A stretch of 64,000 nucleotides of DNA, taken from assembly GCF_006345805.1 (NCBI RefSeq), contig NC_043004.1, positions 22,754,001-22,818,000 on the forward strand, given 5' to 3'. The notes beneath the pieces were generated by a model that was not told the DNA's origin, did not search any database, and saw nothing but the letters and a program-made list of their open reading frames with translations. This DNA comes from Octopus sinensis (taxonomy: Eukaryota). A program made the position numbers and the translations under genes. Numbering within the stretch: the stretch's first letter is position 1; every line of letters starts with the position of its first letter. This document shows, one piece after another, positions 53,060 to 64,000 of this stretch.

Positions 53060-54249
53060 GTTTATAGATAATGATTCATGAGAACGGCAAATAAACTAAA
53101 TTTATTTATTGAAGGTCTTATATATCAACTCGATTTAATATTGAAAAAAAAACCCTGCAACGGGTAAACACTTTCATATTGAAATATGTGTTTTAGTTGA
53201 GTAATAAACAAACCAGTGATAAACCTGTTGTTGTGTGGCTTGGCCTTAGTATCGGAAAAAACACGTTCCGGTATTCGTTTTATTCTATCTATATTTTTAT
53301 TTCACTATTTATTTATTTGTTTATGTATTCAGTATTAGATGTATTTATTTATTTTGGGAAAATCAATAAATATGTTACGTTATAGTCTGCGAGCGAGCAT
53401 ATTGATTACTACAAAAAGTTATTTCAAGAGAATGTAAATTTCGTTCAAGTAATGTATAGAAATTATTTTATTTGCCTATATATTATGCTGCATATAAAAC
53501 TACAAACGGTTTTTCTGAAGCCTTCGGATGCATAACATTTAATGTATATACTGTTGAAGGTACGGGAGCTATACGATATCATTTTTATATCACATTACTG
53601 AGATTGTGCTTCTGGTTTATAAATATGTATACATTTACACCACATATATATACACAGACACACACTCGCACACACACATAAAAATATATGAATATATGTG
53701 AGTTTATATATGTGTATATATTCCTGGATATATATAAAACTGGATAGTTTTGCGCCCATGCAGTAGCTGTTTTAGCTCTTAAATGTATTCGTTTCGTTGC
53801 TAAATATGTATGGGTATGTATGTGTATATGTTCCATATGTACAGCTGAAGTTGTGCATATCACTTGCCAGAAACCTCGGACTTAGAATACTCGAGATGTT
53901 TTGCACATTTCCAATATATCGCTAACCAATTGCATTTGGCTAAAGGCGAATCTGCTGGATTTGTCATTCATTGGAAAATCCCAGCTTAGAATTAAATCTG
54001 TTATTTAGTGACCCACTGCAGCTATGGCAATAGGCACAATAAAAAATTTATGAACTTGTTATGAGTTGTATGTTTCTCAAAATGTTCCCTCTTCCCACAA
54101 TTTTTGCCGATTGATATTTTTCAATATATGATTTTCGTATTCTCCAAGAATAATATCTTGCATTTTGTATTTATACTATATTGATATCGTTTTTTTTTGT
54201 TTTTTTTTTAATATTCCACCAGTGTTCTAGTTTGTTATAGCTATCGCAG

Positions 54250-54420
54250 TTTGGTGTGCTTTTGTTATGTCAGTCGTAATAATCTCTTTTGCGCTGAGTA
54301 ATATAAATGGTTTTAACGATAATGTGATACATAAAGGAACTGTATGTTGGAGACATTTTAGACAACTGATGATGATGTGGATGATATATCCCGCACTGCT
54401 ATCACACAATCGACATTTCG
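54250..54420 (+). mobile_element. Possible mariner N-terminal remnant
   Basis: TVCWRHFR and DDDVDDISR (two frames) resemble the mariner CQxWFxRF...DxEDxxRSGRP region. Confidence 0.35.
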
Positions 54421-54734
54421 TAACGGTACGAGGTAATGTAAAGATATCTTTATTTTACTTTATCCGTCTTATTACACCAGTTTATTTTCTAACTCTCTCA
54501 TCTACGTAGATAGGACATCTGCAAAGTTTTAGGTGATATGTGATGTATTTAACCGACTGGCTCGTTCCCTAAAAGTTTCGGGCCTTGTGCCTAGAGTAGA
54601 AAAGATATGTGATGTGTCTGTCACGCTCAAGATGAAGATAATACCCTTGCCAATGCTGCTGAAATAGGTACACCTACGTACGATTCCCGTGAAACAAATA
54701 TGCAATAGAAGTAACTATTCAATGTGAATGCGTG

Positions 54735-54781
<47 letters not shown>

Positions 54782-55179
54782 AAATAAGCAACAAGTATAT
54801 CTTCGGTAATTTCGTATGGTCGTTTCATGCTACTTCATTTTATTAAACATTGTAAATATTACATCAGTTTTAAAATGTTGAGCAATCTTCAGCCATTTAT
54901 AGAAGACTTCAATCAAACGGACAATACATATACTTATTTCCATTTCGTTTGCCAACATTATAAAGAGGGTAGCTACACAGATAGAGAGGTTGATTTGATT
55001 GTTAAGAACATGATAGTATTAAAAATGACCTTCTGTCTATAGATGTTTTCCTTAATCTATAGTCAGATTTATATGTATAATACCATACAAAATTCTGGTG
55101 CCTCTGACTTAAGTACCATATTCATTTGAATCTAATTTTGCTGAACTTATGTATATATATATGTATATATATATATATG

Positions 55180-55271
<92 letters not shown>

Positions 55272-56221
55272 TATTCCGTTAAGAACGTATTAGAGTACAA
55301 AATAGAGCTCGCTCACCCTTAGAATTACCAAATAGCCAGTGGTATTATGGTTTACTTCCACGTGTACGTTTAGACATTTATCGTTTATGAAAATTGAACA
55401 AATCGAATCACGAATGAGTACGTTTACCCGTTTTTTCATAAACACTACACACGTTTCGAGCCAGTTCCATGTGTTAGCATCAAAGATTTACTAACAGGGA
55501 CAACGATTATATATCACCCGATGAGATACAACTGGGTCCCATCATACAGGTAAACCGTTGCTTAATTTAAATCCTGTGTATATGTGGATCTCCTCATCGT
55601 CGTAACCGACGGAGTGCTTCCATATGTGGATCTATGTTGCGACGAAACTTGTTTAGTGTTTATTAATTAACGGTTTAAACGCACTTATTCTTGACAAGAT
55701 AGACAGGAGAGAGAGGAAGTGTCTGTGTGTGATAAATGAAGAGAGAGGTTCAGTAGGAGATCAAAGAATTTTATGACTATACAAACACTCTTATAAAATA
55801 GAGAATATAGACAACATACACAAATTTATTTCGAAATTTCTTAGAATAACTGGACGTAAAAGACGAAAAGTGTATATAAATATTGCTAAATCGATTCCCA
55901 ATATGCTATTAATTTGGTTACCAATATTCTTATTAAATATTCACTTCGTCTCATCTAAACCTGCAAGTCTCATCAAGAATATGTAATTAATATTGTTAAT
56001 GAGTGATATTCCAAGTTTTAAAATACGATGCGTGAAGACACTAGAAGGCATAATATCACTGAAAGAAGTAACGCTAATTTCCCTTGTGTTTAGTTATATG
56101 ACGTGCTTCACATCATAAAATATGTGTTATATTGATATAACAAAAATAATAAGATTTATAACGTGTGTATGTTTTTACACGTATACAGATGCGCACACGC
56201 AGACACAGACACACACACATG

Positions 56222-56284
<63 letters not shown>

Positions 56285-56352
56285 AGTAAATATATATATA
56301 AATATATGTATATATATATATATAGAAAACGTAGTAAGTATATATATATATA

Positions 56353-57971
56353 CAGTTGCGGCCAAAATGTTCAGAACGGCATTGTTTTAGCCAGTAGGTA
56401 TAAGTTTTTATCAAAGTTGTTTTATATTCTATAATTTTCACACACAATAAATACAATATTAATTGTTATTGTCTGAGATTTTGGTGTAATTTGAGAGGAT
56501 AATACAAAAGTTATGGATGATTTAGTGATTTACTGCAAAACCCATGACGGCCAAAATGATCAGAACGGTTGCTTTTACTCCGTGTTTTAGTATATTTAAC
56601 TAGCGAACTCTAATGTTTTGAATTTGTTTACGTGATGGTTCGTTTACTAAACATTAGTAAGAATATATGTAGTGTACTTTGTTAATATAATGCCACTTAC
56701 TCCGTTACCAATTCGTCAGCAGATTATTAAGCTTCGAAAGAAGGATAATTTAAGTATTGGGTCAATTGCAAAGATGTTAACAAGTCAAAAAGTGTTGTTC
56801 ACGGTATTCTTAAGGTCTTCGATGATTGTGGTTCATGTGAAGCAAGAAAGTCTACAGGTTGGCCAAGAAAAACGACAAAGAGAGAAGATCATGCTATGGT
56901 AAAGTTGATTAAAAAGGACAGATTTAAAACTGCTGCTGCTGTTTCTCGGGACCATGAGCATTGTACTGAAGAAAACGTTATCTCGAAAAACTGTGTCTCG
57001 TCGTTTAGTTGAACATAACCTACAAGCAAGATCACCTGCAGTGAAGCCACTGATCAGCTCCAAAAATAAAAAAGTGTCGTCTTACCTTTGCAACCGAACA
57101 TGTGTTGTGGTCTCAAGAAAAATTGCAAACGGTGCATTTCAGTGATGAATCTAAGTTTATGTTATTTGGCTCAGATGGGAAAAAGTACGTTCGTTGAAAA
57201 GTAGGTGAAAAATTGTCGCCTAAATGCCTTAAGACTAGTGTTAAATTCGGTGGAGGAAGTGTCATGGTTTGGGGAATGATATCTGGAGATGGTGTGGGCT
57301 CTTTGGTGCGATTACATGGAAAGGTAAATGCAGGAGTTTATAAACAACTTGTAAAAGATCGTGTCTTGCCTGTGCTGAGAAATTCAACTAAGCGACTACC
57401 CATATTCATGCAGGACAATGCCCCATGTCACAAGGCTAAGGTGGTCATGAACTTCCTCAAGGCTGAAAAGGTTATTATTATGGATTGGCCTGCTCAAAGC
57501 TCAGATCTTAATCCTATTGAAAATGTGCGGAATATTCTTGGAGAACGTTTGAAAGCCAGAAATCCTAAAACAACCGAGCAATTATGGAATGCCCTTCAGG
57601 AAGAATGGAATAAGATCACCTAGCAAGAAATTGAAAATTTAATTTCCTCATGCAGTCGAAGATGTCAAAGTGTGATTGAAGCTAAAGGGCTTCACACTAA
57701 ATATTAAATAATTCCAGTATTCTCTGTCATTTTTGATTATTTTGTTATTTTTTCAACCGTTCTGATTTTGACCGTCATGGGTTTTGCAGTAAATCACTAA
57801 ATCATCCATAACTTTTGTATTTTCCTCTCAAATTACACTAAAATCTCAGACAATAACAATTAATATTGTATGTATTGTCCTTAAAATTTATAGAACATAA
57901 AACAACTTTGATAAAAACTTATACCTACTTTTCTGGCGAAAACAATGCCGTTCTGAACATTTTGGCCGCAA

Positions 57972-57974
<3 letters not shown>
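56353..57974 (+). mobile_element. Tc1-family DNA transposon, IR/DR type, 1622 bp, TA target duplication
   Basis: TIR CAGTTGCGGCCAAAATGTTCAGAACGGCATTGTTTT at both ends. Inverted repeats of about 225 bp, each with an inner CGG(C/T)CAAAAT..CAGAACGG direct repeat. Flanked by (TA)n. Confidence 0.97.
56690..57707 (+). pseudogene. Tc1 transposase (DD34E), disrupted by frameshifts and stops
   Basis: MPLTPLPIRQQIIKL..., FSDESKF, VKFGGGSVMVWG, FMQDNAPCH, WPAQSSDLNPIEN (34 residues between D and E), ...GLHTKY*. Confidence 0.93.
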
Positions 57975-58020
<46 letters not shown>

Positions 58021-58202
58021 GTGTATGTATTATATATATGCACACTCACATATATTTGTGTCCATGCGTGTGTGTATGTGTGTGTCTGTAAGTGTGAATA
58101 CTTATCTATGTAGAAGTTTGTATTTCTTATAACAGGAATATTAGTGTCTATTGTCACGAGGGTCGGGAATACTCGCTCGTCACCAACCTGAAAGCTACAT
58201 AG

Positions 58203-58246
<44 letters not shown>

Positions 58247-59235
58247 GACACATACAAACACCCGTAGACTATGCACATTTCTAGAAAATATATAACCTTG
58301 CATGTACACATTTGTATATATATATATATAAGAGTTCGTTTATAGAAATATAGATACATGTATTTCTCAATAAACATGCAGGCCTACAAACATATACACA
58401 GATGCATACACACACATACATGCATACATATACATATACATATAATATATTGCCCGTCACGTTCTTCTTCCACTTGCATGTATGTGTGTGTATGCATGCA
58501 TATGTGTATGTTTGTATATATATACATGTGTATACATATACATATAGCGGCTAACCTTCCCTTCTTGGTTCGACTACCATCCGTATACCATCTCTTATAT
58601 TCCTTCTTATTACTTTCATTTCCCATGTTCCTGCCGTAATGCTTCACTTCAACACACTCCAGCATAATTTACTTCGTCCTTAGTCGAAAGACACCTGTTG
58701 TTAATGACCTGTCATTTGTATTTGTAATTGTGTACAATCTGCTCGTTTCTTTCTCGTCCTTATTTTCGTCTATATTTGATTGCTTTCTTCCAAAGAATCT
58801 ATTGCTCTTTCTTAGCTTAGATATTCTTGCGGCAGACCAGAATAGACCAGTCTCGAGAGAAACAGGCCGAAACTGCAAAGGCGATCTGGTACTCGATTGA
58901 AGATTGAAATCTCAGAATGATATATAAAAAATACACAACCACACTTGTATGGTGATATATACTGATACACAAAGATCAGAAGGAGACAAATATTATCACA
59001 AGAGAGAGAAGGGGGAGAGAGGTAAATTGATGACGTTAAATTGATGAAATAAGAGAGAGGACAAGGCACAGAAGCCACAACTTCATTAGAATATGTCTAT
59101 TAAAGGTTAAAAAGGAACACATGTACGACGCTCAAAGCGTACGTACGTATGTATGTATGTATGTATGTATGTATGTATGTAGTATGTATGTATGCATGTA
59201 TGTATGTATATATGTATGTATATATATATATATAT

Positions 59236-59275
<40 letters not shown>

Positions 59276-59979
59276 GAGAGAGAGAGAGAGAGAGAACGAA
59301 GGAAAGAGAGAGGCATATACATATATATATATATATATGCATATAAAAATAGACAGTAATAAATAAATTATGAGCTGACGCGCACATATATCTCTAATGA
59401 AATTAATTGTTTCGGAATCCAGAGGTTGACAACGATATTTTACAGACCGAAGTGTGGCTATATAGTAAGACGTTTGCCTTCCAACCACGCCTGAATGATT
59501 TTTTTGACGGGAGGCATATCTATAGAAATGCTCTGTCTACACGTTCATTCCCAACCATACCTTGCTAAAAAGGCATGCACATTTTCTTCTTTGAATGCTT
59601 AACAGAAATGTACAAAGATATTTTGTTATTAATTTCAAGTCTTGGCAACATTTATATCTACCTTAATTTTCCTTGGAGCAATGAATATCGTTACATATGA
59701 ATGCATGTGAAAGTAAATGCGTTTATAATCTTTGCAACATAACGTGATAACGTGTATAAAAATATTTTGAAGATGATTTAATCTCAATTGACAGGTTCTT
59801 AAGTCTGAAGAATATATTACTTTACATATAAAGCAAGAAATACGATAACAGATGCTCGAAATTGATAAAATATGTCATGTTCTGATACTTTGGGCAACTG
59901 AATGTCCGAAAAGTTCCAGACTAGTCTTTATTAATTGGGATAAATATATTTAGGTATGTATGTATGTATGTATGTATAT

Positions 59980-60150
59980 TCTTTTATTCTTTTTATTTAA
60001 TTTGTTTCAGTCATTTAAATGCGGCCATGCTGGAGCACCGTCCTTAGTCGAGAAAATCGACCCCCGGACTTATTCATTGTAAGCCTAGTACTTATTCTAT
60101 CACACTCTTTTGCCGAACTACTAAGTTACAGGGAGGGGACAACAAACACA
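59980..60150 (-). mobile_element. Family A SINE, 3' half
   Basis: TTGTTTCAGTCATTTAAATGCGGCCATGCTGGAGCACC...AAGCCTAGTACTTATTCTATC. Confidence 0.85.
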
Positions 60151-60187
60151 CACACAAATACATACATATATATATATATATATATAT

Positions 60188-60255
<68 letters not shown>

Positions 60256-60339
60256 CATAATTAAATCTCAGAATGAGATTGAAACAGTAATCGCTCGATA
60301 ATGTAAAGTATAGAAGCCATCTTATCATGGCTAACCACA

Positions 60340-60555
60340 TTGGGGAGGGGGTGTTACTGTTGCTTTATAGCCCGAAGAGATCTTCGTCTCTAGCTGGCTT
60401 TAGACACAATATCTGTGTCTTTGGGGTATTTGCAAAGGGAGGCCATCCCTTCCTCGCAAGCCTGAGTGATACGCTCGAACTAGTTTCGGGATTGTTGTCC
60501 CTCGTCAACGGGCGGTAACCACCAGGTCGCGATGAAAGTGAAGGCCTCTTTGCAA
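60340..60555 (+). mobile_element. GC-rich structured repeat (probable non-LTR 5' end) nested in a SINE
   Basis: Shares GTTACTGTT..TATAGCCC..G..A.C.TCGTCTC.AGCTGGCT with the 49550 arms and 7345. Shares CGCGATGAAA with the RTE-like 5' region at about 19920. Confidence 0.55.
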
Positions 60556-60603
60556 ATATATATAAGTTTTTCTAATGGCGTCTGCCACTGATGTCGAAAA
60601 ACG

Positions 60604-60641
<38 letters not shown>

Positions 60642-60659
60642 ACGAATGTATATATAGGA

Positions 60660-60778
60660 TCGGCTTCTTTCAGTTTCCGTCTACCGAATCCACTCGCAAA
60701 GGTGCCACGCAGTGGGACTGAACCCGGAGCCATGTGGTTGGGGAACCAGCTTCTTACCACACAGACACTCCTGTGCCT
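60660..60778 (-). mobile_element. Family A SINE, 5' half
   Basis: TTCAGTTTCCGTCTACC...GTGCCACGCAGTGGGACTGAACCCGG...CTTACCACACAG. Confidence 0.88.
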
Positions 60779-60791
60779 ACATATATACATA

Positions 60792-62048
60792 CTGCGTTGG
60801 CGAGAGTAATTTTGATTTTCGCAAAGGAGATTAAGATTTTTGGAATGACTTCTGTCAGTGTTATTTGTTTTGTTGTTTTGACATTTGATAGCCGTTACAT
60901 TTAGATTACTCTAGAACCAAGATGCTCGTAATTTTGTTCACAGTTGTTCAATATCAGATTAACATGGAGTACAAACACGAACATTTTTGCCATATTTTGC
61001 TGTTTATATTTCTGTAAAGGCAAGAAAGATATTGAGGCTCAAAGACAGATATGTGAAGTTGATCGTGTTGATTGCTTAACCGAACGCTCATGTCAGAAAT
61101 GGTTTTAAAAATTCCGTTCTGGAGATTTTTCACTTAAACATGATCAACGTCCTGGTCGACTCACTGAAGTTGTTGATGACCGAATCAAAACCATAATTGA
61201 ACCTGATTGTCATACAACCGTGCGAGGGATTGCAGAGAGGTTAAATGTATCACACGCAACAATTTAAAAATGACTTAAAATGCCTTGGACTTGTTACGAA
61301 GCTCGATATTTTGGTTCGAAATGAATTGAATGACATTCACTTAACACAACGAATCAATATTTACAATGTGCATCTCAAGCGCAATTATATCGTCTTTTTT
61401 TATGAATCATCAATGGTAATGAAAAATGGATTGTCTACAGTAACATCAATCGAAAACGACCATACTCCAAGCCTAATGAATTAGCACAAACCTCACCGAA
61501 AACTGAATTGCTCCGAAAAAAAGGTCATGTTTTTATTTTGGTGCGATTACAATGGTAATGCATATTTTGAGCTGCTTCAAAGGAACCAAACTATCAATTC
61601 AGATGTTTACTGGCAACAACTAATAAAACTGGAGGCTAGAATGTGCAAATCGTAAAGGATTCGTATTCCAGAATGACAATGATGTACCACACACGTCTTT
61701 GCTAACTCGAGAAAAATTGTTGGAGCTTGGTTGGGAAGTCATGTCACATCCACCATATAGCCCTGACATTTCGCCATCAGATCACCATGTATTTCAAAGC
61801 TTGCGAAATTCTTTGAATGGAAAAAGTTTCGATAATGATGATGACCTGAAATCGCACTTGCTTCAGATTTTGGCCGATAAGAATCAGAAGTTCTATGAGT
61901 GTGGAATCATGAAGTTGCCAGAAAGATGGCAGAAGGTTATCGATTAAACTCTGAAAATATATTTAATTCATTAAAGTTAATTCTTTGCATGAAAAACAAT
62001 TTCTTTTATTTCACACTAAAAACCGAAACTACTTTCTTGCCTACCCAA
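60792..62048 (+). mobile_element. Mariner transposon, near full length, decayed
   Basis: Imperfect ~28-bp TIRs (CTGCGTTGGCGAGAGTAATTTTGATTTT / AAAACCGAAACTACTTTCTTGCCTACCCAA) with TA flanks. Length about 1.26 kb. Confidence 0.92.
60964..61947 (+). pseudogene. Mariner transposase pseudogene
   Basis: MEYKHEHFCHILLF, INGNEKWIVY (first catalytic D changed to N), HPPYSPDISPSDHHVF and LPERWQKVI. Frameshifted. Confidence 0.9.
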
Positions 62049-62108
62049 GATATATATATTTACGCTCACATATACACACACACGCACACACACATACACA
62101 TACACACA

Positions 62109-62201
<93 letters not shown>

Positions 62202-62399
62202 CTTATATGTATATTCTCTTTTTATATATATTCTACTTATTATACAACATCACACTTTTATGTACACTTTTTTATGTACATTCATTTATGTACACTGATT
62301 TGTTCTGCTTTTTTATCTTTAACCCTACAGTCTCTTATGTGGTGGTTTAATAAAGTATGTGATTAAGTATTATCTGGTGATTGATATTTGATTTAGTTG

Positions 62400-62620
62400 T
62401 ATTTCTCCATTTTCTTATCTTATATATATATGTAATCTCACCAAAGCGACGGAAACAATAATAAATAAGCAACAACGCGCGGACGTGTCACATGCAAAAT
62501 ATTAGCAGACGCTCAGGGAAGGAAAGTAAAATAGTTTTACGTTTCGAGCAAAGGTCTTCGTCAGAAACAGGAAACGGAGGAAAGTCCAACACAAAATGAA
62601 GACGGGGGAAAATATCGCCA
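62400..62620 (-). mobile_element. PLE-type terminal repeat fragment
   Basis: The minus strand carries ...GCTCGAAACGTAAAAC...CCTGAGCGTCTGCTAATA, related to 30827-30900. Confidence 0.65.
62534..62568 (-). ncRNA. Minimal type I hammerhead ribozyme with intact core
   Basis: GTTT-CTGACGA-A-GACC TTT GCTC-GAAAC-GTA-AAAC. Core intact, 4-bp stem I, one C-C mismatch in stem II, palindromic ACGT helix III. Confidence 0.7.
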
Positions 62621-62633
62621 ACAATCCACATGT

Positions 62634-62699
<66 letters not shown>

Positions 62700-63057
62700 T
62701 CCATCAAGTCACCACATGTTTAGTGAAATATTTTCATCAAATCTGGATGTTTTAAATTTTTGGATACAAATGTAGTAGCTGTTCCGCTTAACTTTTGGTA
62801 ATATATAAGTAAACACTTGGTCAGAAAAGGGTTATTCTGAGGACGATTGAGAAAATAGGTTGTAAGTGAATTGTATGGTTTTTATAACACTCACTCTGTG
62901 GCATTAATCTATTTATAAGTCATACAGAAGTCATCTGCTTTCAACGCTTGATGAATCGAGAACAAATGTGATATTTTCGTGCACAGTAGAAGTGTGTCTT
63001 TGTTTTGTGTATAATGAAGATGTTTCAGAAACTTCTCTCTCACGACCATTACCGTTA

Positions 63058-63290
63058 ACTAGCTAGCAGAATCGTTAGCACTCCGGGCGAAATGCGTAGC
63101 CGTATTTCGTCTGTCGTTACGTTGTGAGTTCAAATTCCGCCGAGGTCGACTTTGCCTTTCATCCTTCCGGGGTCGATAAATTAAGTACCAGTTACACACT
63201 GGGGTCGATGCAATCGACTTAATACCTATGTCTGTCCTTGTTTGTCCCCTCTATGTTTAGCCCCTTGTGGGTAATAAAGAAATAGGTATT
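63058..63290 (+). mobile_element. Family B SINE, full length, young
   Basis: Near-identical to 44851-45085. Confidence 0.9.
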
Positions 63291-64000
63291 TAAACGGGTT
63301 TCTATATAGTCTTTCGAGTTCGAAAAAAATACCAGCCAATCCACTTCAAACAAGCAACTGTTGACCAAATATGGAAGTAAAATTAGTTGTGGATATGCAA
63401 AAAACTGCTGTGAATGTTAGTTACAGATCTGGTGATCAATGATCCGGAAATAGAGAAATCTACTGCAACTACTATCAGGGAAACTGAAAAGACAAAATAA
63501 TCAGAGTGTAATTTATATGAGAAATATTGCGAAATATGTATGCAAAAACTGGAATCGAATCTTAGATCAAGTGTTTTGAGCAGTAAAAACATTTAATTGA
63601 CAAAACTGAACAAATGACTTAATTAATGCTTCCGAAGTCATTATGGAATAATCATTAATATTTAAAAATCAATCAAGAATCTACAGTCGTCAAATAAAGA
63701 AGTAATAAAGAAGGTATTCTTTTCATGCTTTGTCATGTCGGTACATTTCGCGAGATGGAATTGCGTGCTGAAATATCTTGGATGTGCTGAGGTAAAAATC
63801 ATAACAAACAGCCCAAAAAAAAAGACAAAAAACAACGTTAATATCAAACGAATAAAGGAAATTTTTTTGTTTAACGTTGTTAATGTAATGCGAGATGCAG
63901 ACGTGTAACTAAAACTATATGGCATCTTCCAGGAAAATAAATACTTGAGTTTCACGAACATTCTCTAGCTTTATGTTGGAGCAACATCAATAATAGCTCT

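Noticed and set aside
55450-55485. Minus-strand TTGATG...GGCTCGAAACGTG
   Set aside because: The core is altered and there is no stem I pairing. At most an unrecoverable remnant.
58152-58200. TGTCACG start suggestive of an LTR
   Set aside because: No second LTR, PBS, PPT or internal domain.

Overview
Repeat-dominated, AT-rich eukaryotic intergenic or intronic DNA. The dense (TA)n/(CA)n/(TACA)n/(TAT)n microsatellites and tRNA-derived SINE families suggest an octopus/coleoid cephalopod genome (inference, recalled family resemblance). I could not support any intact host protein-coding gene. Most ORFs in the supplied track are translations of microsatellites or pieces of dead transposons. Recognisable content: a near full-length IR/DR-type Tc1 element (DD34E, 56353-57974); two decayed mariners; Penelope-like element (PLE) fragments (RT and GIY-YIG); three R4/Dong-type non-LTR fragments beside (TAA)n tracts; an internally deleted RTE derivative with two C2H2-like fingers; and many copies of three tRNA-SINE families. 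The most interesting unannotated structure is a set of minimal hammerhead-ribozyme motifs in PLE-type terminal repeats (716-778, 30827-30864, 62534-62568, plus decayed copies), whose palindromic helix III implies dimeric cleavage. Also notable are two long fold-back hairpins (22454-22912, 49550-49752) and an incomplete HDV-like ribozyme candidate (60370-60540). All RNA structures were paired by eye; none was computed or tested.
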